Source: an uncultured virus (IMG/VR IMGVR_UViG_3300032322_002907) (Duplodnaviria; Heunggongvirae; Uroviricota; Caudoviricetes). Taken from it: 64,000 bases of DNA. The notes below the pieces were generated by a model that was not told where the DNA came from, made no database searches, and saw nothing but the letters and a program-made list of their open reading frames with translations. This document shows positions 40,009 through 47,792 of the stretch, piece by piece. Made by a program: the position numbers and the translations under genes. The number at the start of each line of letters is the position of its first letter. The first letter of the stretch is position 1. The stretch lies in the IMG/VR virus record IMGVR_UViG_3300032322_002907; one strand, 5' to 3'.

Positions 40009-40539
40009 TTAACCTTTGTAGAAGATGTGTTTTCCGATTTTGGCGACTCGTTGTTTTTTCCATCGGGGGTTGACATAGTCTGCATGATAGTATAGTACGT
40101 CCTCTGTGATGATTGATAGGCGGTATCCTTCAAGTAATACCTTTTTAGCCACAGCCTCGGATTCTTTATAGGTTGCTGCATGGATAGGTCTCACTTTAGC
40201 TTTTGAATCGCAATACCAACTAAATTGACATATGACATTATTGTATACTAAATTTCTTTCATATACAACTGCACATATATCTTTTGGAAATTTTCCTGAT
40301 TTTGTTCGATTGATTGTAACTTGTGCAACTGCTACTTTACCTTCAAAAGATTCGATACCTGCCTCATAGTAAATGTTTTTTGCCAGACAATCTATCTCCT
40401 TTTCACGTTGTGCCATAGTTACATAAGGGGGATGTTTTTCCTCTTTTACTTCTTCGAATTTGTGATGCACTAGATAAGGAAAATACTCATAAAGAATGCT
40501 CCCCAAAAAGAAAATGAAAACTATTCTTAATATAAACAT
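40009..40539 (-). CDS. Cell wall hydrolase, SleB/Hydrolase_2 family, with N-terminal hydrophobic anchor
   Basis: CLAKNIYYEA..E...GK.AVA.VT.NR....FP..IC.VVY, CQFSW, YYHA.YV.P.W......IG.H.FY. Confidence 0.9.
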   Translation of the reverse strand: MFILRIVFIFFLGSILYEYFPYLVHHKFEEVKEEKHPPYVTMAQREKEIDCLAKNIYYEAGIESFEGKVAVAQVTINRTKSGKFPKDICAVVYERNLVYNNVICQFSWYCDSKAKVRPIHAATYKESEAVAKKVLLEGYRLSIITEDVLYYHADYVNPRWKKQRVAKIGKHIFYKG

Positions 40540-40545
40540 AATACC

Positions 40546-40887
40546 TCATTTTTTATCACTGCTCTGTTTGGTCTTATTGACCACATCAATAATATCATGA
40601 TTCTTTTTTTGTGCATTGATGAAAATTTGAGCGACTAATGAAAGAACCCCCCAAGCAAGAAAGCCAGTAATAAACCCAAACATTAGAATCATATCAAACG
40701 TTTGATTCATTCCAAACCACTCTAGAATAGGAGTAGAAAATATTATACCTGTTCCTGTTGAGATACCTCCGCGTAAAGCTGCATCTAAAATTGTCGTTGG
40801 CTTCATGAACACCATAAGTGTCAACCCACCAATCAACCCACCCAATCCGGACATAATTTTAGCTGTTAGAAATCCTGGTTCAGGCAT
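40546..40887 (-). CDS. Membrane protein, possible holin (3 hydrophobic segments, basic C-terminus)
   Basis: Hydrophobicity pattern; directly upstream of the cell wall hydrolase. Confidence 0.5.
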   Translation of the reverse strand: MPEPGFLTAKIMSGLGGLIGGLTLMVFMKPTTILDAALRGGISTGTGIIFSTPILEWFGMNQTFDMILMFGFITGFLAWGVLSLVAQIFINAQKKNHDIIDVVNKTKQSSDKK

Positions 40888-40898
40888 AACATTTTCCT

Positions 40899-40940
40899 TA
40901 AAAAAATAAAGCGGGTTATTCTGTTACGAGGAAACCCACC
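40899..40940 (-). terminator. Hairpin/terminator at the end of the tmRNA coding piece
   Basis: GTGGGTT...AACCCGC followed by TTTATTTTTTT on the minus strand. Confidence 0.6.
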
Positions 40941-41212
40941 GAAACCCTAGGCTGTGTTTAGGCAGCCAATGCTACGTCAAAGACGCTTTCGTTTGCATTT
41001 ACGTTTTTTTACTTTTAACGACTATCTGTGTCGAATCGTCCATCTTCTTACTTATTGCCCCGTCGAAACCAGGTCAGGCCCATCAGAAATATATTAGGAC
41101 ACAGTTTTCCCACTTCGACGTTAGAGTGTCTTATCGGGCTAATATACTTCTGGTGGACCTGGGCGGAATCGAACCGCCGTCCGAAACACCTTTCAGTCAA
41201 CTTCAAACGATC
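40911..41212 (-). ncRNA. ssrA: Circularly permuted (two-piece) tmRNA; tag ANESVFDVALAA* at 40996-40958
   Basis: Acceptor piece ends ...GGCGGTTCGATTCCGCCCAGGTCCACCA (3' end 41151) upstream of the 5' strand GGGCCTGACCTGGTTTCGAC (starts 41081); acceptor stem with G3.U70; resume context TAAAT-GCA; C-terminal ALAA. Confidence 0.92.
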
Positions 41213-41219
41213 ATTTTGT

Positions 41220-41227
41220 TATTTATA
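41220..41227 (-). promoter_or_regulatory. T4-type late promoter TATAAATA upstream of the tmRNA
   Basis: Exact consensus immediately 5' of the tmRNA acceptor piece. Confidence 0.75.
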
Positions 41228-41824
41228 TCAAACGTAATGTAGATAACTATGCGCGTACATCAAAGAACCGCCATCCCGGCATTTTACCTCATATGGATAA
41301 AGCCAATGCGGAGGAAAAACAAGAATAGAGCCTTTTTTCGGAATAATGTCTGTGATTCCTAAAGTTGGAAATCTAATATAACCATTTTCAGCATCAGTTA
41401 GGAATACAAAAACAGACAAAAATCTTTTCGCAGATTTATGGTCATTCACATCACTATGTAGATTATAGAAATCTTGATCTGTAAACTTTTTGATTTTTAT
41501 ATTCTCAAACCCTTGCAATTCAGGAACAAGAGGTAGTTGAGTGCCTTGAAAGTAATTTGAAGCGGCTGAGAAAAACAACTCAGAAAAAACATCTTGAAGA
41601 TGCAAAGGTGTAGTCGTTAAATCATTTTCTGTAACTTCAGGCAATTCCCAGTGGGAATGCTCTGTAACAATAGCTTGCTTAAATTTAAATTTTTCATTCG
41701 TAATATCTTCAAACGTTGCATTCTCAACCACAGACATAATATCTTGGCAAGTTTCTTCGTCTAAAATATTTTCATACAGTTTAACGTAATTGTGTAGGTT
41801 GCCCAAGACGTTTCCCCTTTTCAT
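41228..41824 (-). CDS. 2OG-Fe(II) oxygenase-like protein (distal His apparently replaced)
   Basis: LHSD, RFLS.F..L, FP....PKKG..LVFPP.W.YPY. Confidence 0.75.
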   Translation of the reverse strand: MKRGNVLGNLHNYVKLYENILDEETCQDIMSVVENATFEDITNEKFKFKQAIVTEHSHWELPEVTENDLTTTPLHLQDVFSELFFSAASNYFQGTQLPLVPELQGFENIKIKKFTDQDFYNLHSDVNDHKSAKRFLSVFVFLTDAENGYIRFPTLGITDIIPKKGSILVFPPHWLYPYEVKCRDGGSLMYAHSYLHYV

Positions 41825-42116
41825 CAACTAATTCAAAATCTGACCCTTCAAGTAAAATACAAGAAGTGTTTTTACCTTCTGCTGATATTGTAACACTGAA
41901 ATCGTTAGTTGTCAATGATTTCCAAAAGATTACTAAATACTTTTCTTTCGTTTGTGCTACAGCGATAGGTCTTTCCTTATGTGTTTTTCTTAACTCATTT
42001 ACAATGTAAGATGTTTCACTACACGCGGCTTGAAAATTTAAGAAAAGAACATTAGGTGTCTGTGCATACGTACCCATCGAGAACATCATCAAGGTAGCCA
42101 GGATTATTTTTTTCAT
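41781..42116 (-). CDS. Exported hypothetical protein (signal peptide)
   Basis: MKKIILATLMMFSMGTYA signal peptide; two Cys. Confidence 0.6.
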   Translation of the reverse strand: MKKIILATLMMFSMGTYAQTPNVLFLNFQAACSETSYIVNELRKTHKERPIAVAQTKEKYLVIFWKSLTTNDFSVTISAEGKNTSCILLEGSDFELVDEKGKRLGQPTQLR

Positions 42117-42774
42117 AAAGGTCCCTATAATAGATTAGTTGGTTAATGTAATTGTTTCGCTTCTCAACAAAAACTTGGACAGGATCATTTTCACAAGCAA
42201 TTATGATAACGATCTTAGTTACAGGTATTCCAGTCAGTTCTTCGTACATTACAGCGTACGCTGAACATTGCATAAAGTAATTTTCAATGTATTGTTTTTG
42301 TTTTCGTTTAGACGATGTCTTAAAATCTATTACGCTTAAACGACCATTATGCTCCGCTATACAATCAACGGTCCCTGCCAATCTCAAATGTTCTGAGTAT
42401 AACCGTTGTTCCTGTAGATGTATATTATCAATATCCTCCAAAGCAGGTTTTATACTGCGAAAAAGTTCTTTGTCAAATAAAGATATTTTAGGATTGCTAA
42501 ACGGATCTTCATTTTGCAAATACTTTTCACAGAGGCTGTGCAATCGTGTGCCGCGTGCCGCTGCTGTAGTAGCTATGTAACTCGCCCGATCTTTCCCGAC
42601 TTTCTTTCGCCAGGCATCCAATGACTCTTTACCATATTCCTGCAATACTGTTGTGACGGAAGGAAATTTATTCCCCGAAGGCGTTACATAAATTCTCTTG
42701 CCGGTTGCAGGATTTGTTAATTGTTTGAGCTTTGGAATTTCGGGCGGGTTACTTATAGCGTTGTACAATTTCAT
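42052..42774 (-). CDS. PD-(D/E)XK exonuclease (Cas4/Exo5-like phage exonuclease)
   Basis: PSVTTVL, RGT.LH...E.YL, AGTVDCIA, IDFKTS, Q..AYA. Confidence 0.88.
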   Translation of the reverse strand: MKLYNAISNPPEIPKLKQLTNPATGKRIYVTPSGNKFPSVTTVLQEYGKESLDAWRKKVGKDRASYIATTAAARGTRLHSLCEKYLQNEDPFSNPKISLFDKELFRSIKPALEDIDNIHLQEQRLYSEHLRLAGTVDCIAEHNGRLSVIDFKTSSKRKQKQYIENYFMQCSAYAVMYEELTGIPVTKIVIIIACENDPVQVFVEKRNNYINQLIYYRDLYEKNNPGYLDDVLDGYVCTDT

Positions 42775-42797
42775 TCAGATATTTTCCTCAAACCATG

Positions 42798-42825
42798 ATT
42801 ATAAACATTTTGCATAATGTGTCAA
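42798..42825 (-). promoter_or_regulatory. sigma70-type promoter TTGACA-N16-TATAAT
   Basis: Perfect hexamers upstream of the exonuclease. Confidence 0.75.
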
Positions 42826-42987
42826 TATCTGAACTATCAATAGTTGTTAAGTTTTATTTTTCTAATATGGTGTCTATGATGAACCTCTGAAATTTTTTTC
42901 AGAAATATTTCTGCCTTTTAGATTGAGATAAATCGAGACACCATACAGCTAATTTACACAATGTGCTAAGTAACAACCAATTGAATT

Positions 42988-43722
42988 CTATGCATTCTCC
43001 TCGTATTTTAGTCTTGCTAATATGTATTGCTTTACAATGTCACTTCTCACAATGTCATCAACTGAAAACTCGACCATCTTGAATGACGGCATCATCTTCG
43101 CGATTGCAATAAACTTTTTCAGTCCCGACATATCATGCTTTTTATTCAGATCGGTTTGTCTAAAGTCTCCGCAAAAGATGATTTTTGAATTGTGACCTAC
43201 GCGAGTCATGATTGTGTTGATCTCAGAATCCGAAAGATTTTGACACTCATCTACTATGACCACGCTGTTATCTAGTGTCACACCCCGCAAAAACGAAGTG
43301 ATCAGAAAGTGACATACGCCTTGTTCTTGTAGACGTTGAAAAGCATCGTTGCGATTGAATAGATTGCTACAGATTTCTACATAGGGCTCTTTGTATACGT
43401 CTGTCTTTTCTTTTTCATCTCCTGGTAGGTGACCAATCTCCCGTGAGGGGACTGCAGAACGAACTATGATGACTTTATCATATACAGACTCTCTATCAAG
43501 TGCTTCTTCTAGTGCTTTGTACAAGGCAATATACGTCTTTCCTGTACCTGCCACACCGTGTAGAAGAATAAACTCACGACCCTCTTTATAGTGTGTAAAG
43601 AAGGTTTGTTGATTGTCTGTGAGGGGAGATATAACGTCCATATCGTCTAGTCTCAGTTTTAAACGATTGGATGCCAATGTCAAATGTGGTTGGCGTTGTT
43701 CTTTTTCTTGTCTTTTTGCCAT
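42988..43722 (-). CDS. phoH: PhoH-family ATPase
   Basis: G.AGTGKTY, RSAVP..EIG.LPG...EK, FLRG.T.DN....VDE.QN, TRVG..SK..F.GD..Q.DL, DIVRS. Confidence 0.93.
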   Translation of the reverse strand: MAKRQEKEQRQPHLTLASNRLKLRLDDMDVISPLTDNQQTFFTHYKEGREFILLHGVAGTGKTYIALYKALEEALDRESVYDKVIIVRSAVPSREIGHLPGDEKEKTDVYKEPYVEICSNLFNRNDAFQRLQEQGVCHFLITSFLRGVTLDNSVVIVDECQNLSDSEINTIMTRVGHNSKIIFCGDFRQTDLNKKHDMSGLKKFIAIAKMMPSFKMVEFSVDDIVRSDIVKQYILARLKYEENA

Positions 43723-43737
43723 GGAGCCCTCTAAAAT

Positions 43738-43766
43738 GAAAAAAGACAGCGTTGCATTGCTGTCTC
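43738..43766 (-). terminator. Intrinsic terminator after the FmdB-like gene
   Basis: AGACAGC-N8-GCTGTCT followed by a T-run on the minus strand. Confidence 0.6.
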
Positions 43767-43793
43767 TTCTGGTTAGCGGAATTATTCTAGCAA

Positions 43794-44054
43794 TCATCTG
43801 GAAAGTTTATTGTTCAGATTGCTTTTTGGTTGAGATTCGTGAATTTTTGAAAGCACCTCCCTAAATCCGTTGTCTACTGTTCGAACACCCAAACGAACGG
43901 AATCGCCGACTCCTGGCGTCCCGATTAGAAGTTGAACTGAATTTTCGCCGCAAGAAGGACAAGGTTGCTCTTCGGGCGTTTTACGGTCTGCAATCATAAA
44001 CTTTTCTGTAAAAGTATGATCGCATTTTTGGCAGTTGTAATCGTATAGTGGCAT
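43794..44054 (-). CDS. FmdB-family zinc-ribbon protein
   Basis: MPLYDY.C..C.H.F...CP.CG. Confidence 0.8.
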   Translation of the reverse strand: MPLYDYNCQKCDHTFTEKFMIADRKTPEEQPCPSCGENSVQLLIGTPGVGDSVRLGVRTVDNGFREVLSKIHESQPKSNLNNKLSR

Positions 44055-44062
44055 AGACTTAT

Positions 44063-44626
44063 TTATGCATTTTGCTCGTTAAACCACATAGGAATAGTTC
44101 TCTTTTTCCAACTTGCAAGATGCTGTTTGCCTCCTTTATAGTAATTGCGATATGAGGTTAAAGAATCACCGGGCACTTTGTATATATCAGGCATGGCGGG
44201 TGTTGGGGAATAAAACACAGGAATAGTGGCAAGTTTTCTCCTACTAATATTATTAGGAGGATTCAAAATAGTGTCATCTAATCTACTACATGCATGGGTT
44301 TTACCATAACGAAACGTGTATTCTCTGCAAAGCCAAAACCAAAGAGAGTACAACCAAAAATAGTTATCTTCGTTTGCTCGACACCATACTGCCGAAGGAT
44401 GGTTAATGTGTGACGCCTTCATTAAAATATCTTCGCGCGAATCATTCAGGCGCCATCGCTTAATGCGGCGCCCATTCGCAGTCATCCCAAGATATTCTTC
44501 ACCGTCCAGCAATCGATGAGCAGTTGACATGAGCTGAGCATACTCAATGATCATCTTGACTACGTGCTTGTCATTGTGCATTTCTGCACAAGTTTTTGGA
44601 TCCTTATCCAAATAGAAGATATTCAA
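44063..44626 (-). CDS. Pyrimidine-dimer DNA glycosylase-like protein
   Basis: MNIF.LD.DP..CA..H.DKHVVKM..E.AQL.STAH, H.NHPS..W, EY..RY.K.H, AMP, YR.YY. Confidence 0.75.
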   Translation of the reverse strand: MNIFYLDKDPKTCAEMHNDKHVVKMIIEYAQLMSTAHRLLDGEEYLGMTANGRRIKRWRLNDSREDILMKASHINHPSAVWCRANEDNYFWLYSLWFWLCREYTFRYGKTHACSRLDDTILNPPNNISRRKLATIPVFYSPTPAMPDIYKVPGDSLTSYRNYYKGGKQHLASWKKRTIPMWFNEQNA

Positions 44627-45075
44627 ACCAAATCTCCATCCTTATTGATTCGAGTAATCATACCTTTCTTTTTATCTGCATCCCATTTTTTTAGATAGTC
44701 ATTGTCCTCATCGAAAACGTCGAAAAATTCTTTTTCATTAATCACACGATGGGAAACAATATGTTCACCCAGATGCTTTTGTGATAGTTCAACTGCCTCT
44801 TCGCAAGTCACAGTGTCAAGAGCCCATTCAGATTTTCCTTTGGGTACTTCGACAACATACCGCATACGAAACATTGACATAGATTCAACTAAAACAAGCT
44901 CAGTCTCAGTATTTTCAACCTTTTCCATGATAAAGCCACCATCGTCGTTTGGTTTGAAATTCAACACATCACCTTCTTTCCACCCAACTTCTTTCAACAG
45001 TTCATCGGGAATAGGAAGAATCAAATCCTCACCGCTTTCTAGGAGTTGAACTGTATATCGTTTTTCGTTGCTCAT
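44623..45075 (-). CDS. Protein with N-terminal AbrB/MazE-like swapped-hairpin domain
   Basis: DLILPIPDELL.E.GW.EGD.L motif. Confidence 0.65.
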   Translation of the reverse strand: MSNEKRYTVQLLESGEDLILPIPDELLKEVGWKEGDVLNFKPNDDGGFIMEKVENTETELVLVESMSMFRMRYVVEVPKGKSEWALDTVTCEEAVELSQKHLGEHIVSHRVINEKEFFDVFDEDNDYLKKWDADKKKGMITRINKDGDLV

Positions 45076-45183
45076 TTTTATCTCGCTTGTAATCTAAAAG
45101 CCAACAAACTTTTGTTTCATTGTTGGTGGGTTTTTCAAATTGCTTCGGCTTGTACTTGCCCAATAACCAAGTCATAGACCTCC

Positions 45184-45333
45184 TTACGAATATTTCACCT
45201 CAAAGTCACGTTGATTGCGGAAATTGCGCTTATAAAGTTTCTTTACAGAAACCTTGCGCGGCTTGTAGGTGCCGGAAACCAAAAGATCAAACGCGATGGG
45301 ATCACGGCGCTTTACAACTTTAGTATTGAACAT
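45184..45333 (-). CDS. Small basic hypothetical protein (~49 aa)
   Basis: MFNTKVVKRRDPIAFDLL...KPR.V..KK.Y.R; start inferred. Confidence 0.5.
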   Translation of the reverse strand: MFNTKVVKRRDPIAFDLLVSGTYKPRKVSVKKLYKRNFRNQRDFEVKYS

Positions 45334-45634
45334 AGTCACACCGACGGGTTGAAGAAACATACCGACCATATTGGTCATACAAAGGAACACGAAAACAATG
45401 TCTACGCACCATTGGCGCATGACCATAGTAATACTCACCTGTCTGGTGAGGGGGTGGATAATATACAGGAGGCGGGCCATAATAAGGAGGAACGGGTTCA
45501 GCGGTTGCTCGACCAATCAATGCACCACCAATAACGCCAATAAGAGCTGCTTGTTCGACAGGTCCCCAAGCATGAGCGGCAGGAGAAATGGCTAGAATGA
45601 CTGCAAGCAAAAGTTTACGCATTTTATTCCTCAC
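45320..45634 (-). CDS. Exported Pro/Tyr-rich glycine-zipper protein
   Basis: Signal peptide, GVIGGALIG, PPPVYYPPP, Cys pair. Confidence 0.6.
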   Translation of the reverse strand: MRNKMRKLLLAVILAISPAAHAWGPVEQAALIGVIGGALIGRATAEPVPPYYGPPPVYYPPPHQTGEYYYGHAPMVRRHCFRVPLYDQYGRYVSSTRRCDYVQY

Positions 45635-45785
45635 AATAACTGTAAGCGGATCGTAGATTTTCCATATAAGTTAGAAATTCATTGTAAGCAACATCATCAA
45701 GTTTGTCGATATAAGCAGACACTTCCCACTCTTTTAGCTCAGCAGAAATTGCCTGGAGTGTATTATTTATTTCATCAAGGGTCAT
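45624..45785 (-). CDS. Small hypothetical protein (53 aa)
   Basis: MTLDEINNTLQAISAELKEW...; ATGA-coupled to the upstream ORF; read by hand. Confidence 0.5.
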   Translation of the reverse strand: MTLDEINNTLQAISAELKEWEVSAYIDKLDDVAYNEFLTYMENLRSAYSYCEE

Positions 45786-45979
45786 GAATAGTCGCCGTTT
45801 ACTTGACCGAGAATGTAATTGGTGACCATTTCCTGACCCACCTCACCTTCATCCCACAGGTCGGCGGGGGCTTGCAATCCGAAAGCGTAGTTAGGACCCA
45901 CCCACCAGTTTTTTACCAGGTCCTCTCGACCCAAAAGAGAATGGAGGACCTGGTTCAATTGTTCTTTTGATGCATTCAT
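45782..45979 (-). CDS. Orphan MbcA/ParS/Xre antitoxin C-terminal-like domain
   Basis: LLG..DLV..WW..PN.AFG...P.DL....G...V..Y pattern. Confidence 0.6.
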   Translation of the reverse strand: MNASKEQLNQVLHSLLGREDLVKNWWVGPNYAFGLQAPADLWDEGEVGQEMVTNYILGQVNGDYS

Positions 45980-46086
45980 TTGAGTCCCCAAAGCAAGAAT
46001 GCGACCCCCGCAAGAGTCGCTACTAGATATCCCAGAGCTGCTGAACTCATGGACACTGAATAGAAAAGTTGTTTAAGACGTTCCAT
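45976..46086 (-). CDS. Small membrane peptide (36 aa)
   Basis: MERLKQLFYSVSMSSAALGYLVATLAGVAFLLWGLK*; read by hand. Confidence 0.45.
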   Translation of the reverse strand: MERLKQLFYSVSMSSAALGYLVATLAGVAFLLWGLK

Positions 46087-46314
46087 TTATTCGACCCAAA
46101 TGGAAGCGTTCAGAAGAAGGTCAACCTCAAGCAACTGCTCCTCGATGGGCATTTGACGCAGCAAACGAGTAACCATGCTGCCAAGGTAACCCGCAGCGTA
46201 AGCATGTCCATCATGCACTCGCACCGATTGTTGGGTGAAACGATCAACAACGGTTTGAATCTGTTCGAGAGTCATCGTAGTATCTTGAGCCATTTGGCGC
46301 TCCTGAAAAATCAT
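46087..46314 (-). CDS. Early hypothetical protein
   Basis: First ORF after a sigma70 promoter; GHAYAAGYLGSM motif. Confidence 0.6.
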   Translation of the reverse strand: MIFQERQMAQDTTMTLEQIQTVVDRFTQQSVRVHDGHAYAAGYLGSMVTRLLRQMPIEEQLLEVDLLLNASIWVE

Positions 46315-46326
46315 TCAACATTGATA

Positions 46327-46396
46327 ATTATACAGGACTTATAAGAAAGTGCAACCCGTTTTTTGTTGTATTTTTACAACGTTGTGAGAATACAAC
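46327..46396 (-). promoter_or_regulatory. Early promoter TTGCAC-N16-TATAAT with two upstream GTTG-N8-CAAC palindromes
   Basis: -10 at 46327-32, -35 at 46349-54, palindromes at 46365-80 and 46381-96. Confidence 0.7.
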
Positions 46397-46397
46397 A

Positions 46398-46898
46398 TCA
46401 CAGAACTTCGTTAGGATATTCTTCTGTGGGCCTAAAACGATATTGTGGCTTATCGGGTTTAACATATGGAAAGGTCACTGGCACACGTGATTCAGAACAA
46501 CTGAAGTAACTCTTGAACATTTTACCATCTTCATCTGATTTATACCACTCCCAGAATACGATTCCATCGATATCGTAGGCACCGTTTTCGTCTTTAAATA
46601 CTGAACTGCATCGTTTGTTCTGCCACAAAGGAGAGCCGTTTCTATCTTCAACATCGCTCCATTCCCACTCTTCACCCGTTAGTGGTGCAATAGGATTAAA
46701 CATTGCCAGTTTAGTGAAAAGATTAATTGTATATGGGGCAGATGAGCCAGAATGTCCTTCGTTTTCAAAAACTGCAAGAAGACCTAAAACATGCAGACAA
46801 ATATCTTTTTGCATCTCATCATGAAACTGATTATTCTCATCAACCCAACCTGCTGCACGAAACTCAGTCCATGCATGTCTTTCATAATTATTCATCAT
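46398..46898 (-). CDS. Conserved phage hypothetical protein
   Basis: F..EGHSG.SA, P..PLTG...EW, QNKR...VFK. Confidence 0.7.
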   Translation of the reverse strand: MMNNYERHAWTEFRAAGWVDENNQFHDEMQKDICLHVLGLLAVFENEGHSGSSAPYTINLFTKLAMFNPIAPLTGEEWEWSDVEDRNGSPLWQNKRCSSVFKDENGAYDIDGIVFWEWYKSDEDGKMFKSYFSCSESRVPVTFPYVKPDKPQYRFRPTEEYPNEVL

Positions 46899-47102
46899 TT
46901 ATCCTTTAAAAAGTAAACTGGCGACAGCGGCACCGTTCAATGCACTTAGAAATATAAACACCCATCCCTCTTTATTTTCTTCATCATTAAAACATTCGGC
47001 AGCTTTTTTCCAACAATATAATGCGAAAATTGTGTTTAAGAAAAGATAAAAGTCGTTCATATTATTTCCGTAAAATATCCTCTTCAAGACATTCTTCACC
47101 AT
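46899..47102 (-). CDS. Small membrane protein (start probably the internal Met near 47060)
   Basis: Two hydrophobic segments. Confidence 0.45.
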   Translation of the reverse strand: MVKNVLKRIFYGNNMNDFYLFLNTIFALYCWKKAAECFNDEENKEGWVFIFLSALNGAAVASLLFKG

Positions 47103-47409
47103 ATTGAATTTCGATAATTTTTAGTGGAATGCTTGCTTGATTTTCAAGTCGATGCCATGTTCCTTTGGGAATCGTCAATTTATCAAACTTTTTGTAAACA
47201 CCTTGCAAAATATTTACACCATCATAGTCATTAGATGTCCACACTGTTGCAAACCCCGAGGCGACAAACCATTCCTCTGCTCGCTTGAAATGTTTCTGCA
47301 TACTCAGGCTCTTTTCAGGTAGCACGTAAAGTTCTTTAACTTTAATGTTTTTCCCGTCATCATAAAACACTGAATAATGACCCCAAGGTTTTTCAACAAT
47401 TTGTAACAT
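47062..47409 (-). CDS. Cupin, mannose-6-phosphate isomerase type II C-terminal-like
   Basis: KPWG.Y, KVKEL.V.P...LS.Q.H..R.E.W.V..G, WH.L.N, IIEIQYG..C.E.DI.R. Confidence 0.85.
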   Translation of the reverse strand: MLQIVEKPWGHYSVFYDDGKNIKVKELYVLPEKSLSMQKHFKRAEEWFVASGFATVWTSNDYDGVNILQGVYKKFDKLTIPKGTWHRLENQASIPLKIIEIQYGEECLEEDILRK

Positions 47410-47417
47410 AAGAACTC

Positions 47418-47564
47418 CTATTTAGCCGCCAGAAGATAAAGTCCGACGTTTGAAAAGGCATAACCCCCAAAGGCTATTGCCATACCCAAGTTACCCTTTA
47501 GGCCTTGTTCTACAGCCACATAGAGGTAAATCATTCCTACAAAAAGTATAAGATTATCGCTCAT
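47418..47564 (-). CDS. Small membrane protein (48 aa)
   Basis: MSDNLILFVGMIYLYVAVEQGLKGNLGMAIAFGGYAFSNVGLYLLAAK*; read by hand. Confidence 0.6.
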   Translation of the reverse strand: MSDNLILFVGMIYLYVAVEQGLKGNLGMAIAFGGYAFSNVGLYLLAAK

Positions 47565-47636
47565 TTTTGTTGCATTGCATCATAAATAATAGGGAGACAA
47601 AATCTCCAAACTTTCAAACAACCCAAAAGGTCAAAC

Positions 47637-47792
47637 ATGATTACCAGCATCATACAGTACATCTCTCAAAAAATCAAGCAACATGATGAAAAATCCTTCA
47701 ATGAGAAATACTTTAAACATGCACAAGATATCGTTGACGTAGAGAGAATTCTTCGTCAGCTTGACCATAACAGAAAAGGATTTTACAGATGA
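47637..47792 (+). CDS. Small protein, DUF3563-like (51 aa)
   Basis: EKYFKHAQDIVDVERILRQLD; preceded by CATAAATA (47581) and AAAAGG; read by hand. Confidence 0.55.
   Translation: MITSIIQYISQKIKQHDEKSFNEKYFKHAQDIVDVERILRQLDHNRKGFYR

Noticed and set aside
41151..41200. Apparent tRNA 3' half (T-arm plus CCA)
   Set aside because: There is no anticodon arm or upstream 5' acceptor strand; it is the acceptor piece of the permuted tmRNA.
42052..42774. Cas4-like nuclease as part of a CRISPR system
   Set aside because: No repeat-spacer array or other cas genes were seen; this exonuclease is a routine T4-like gene.
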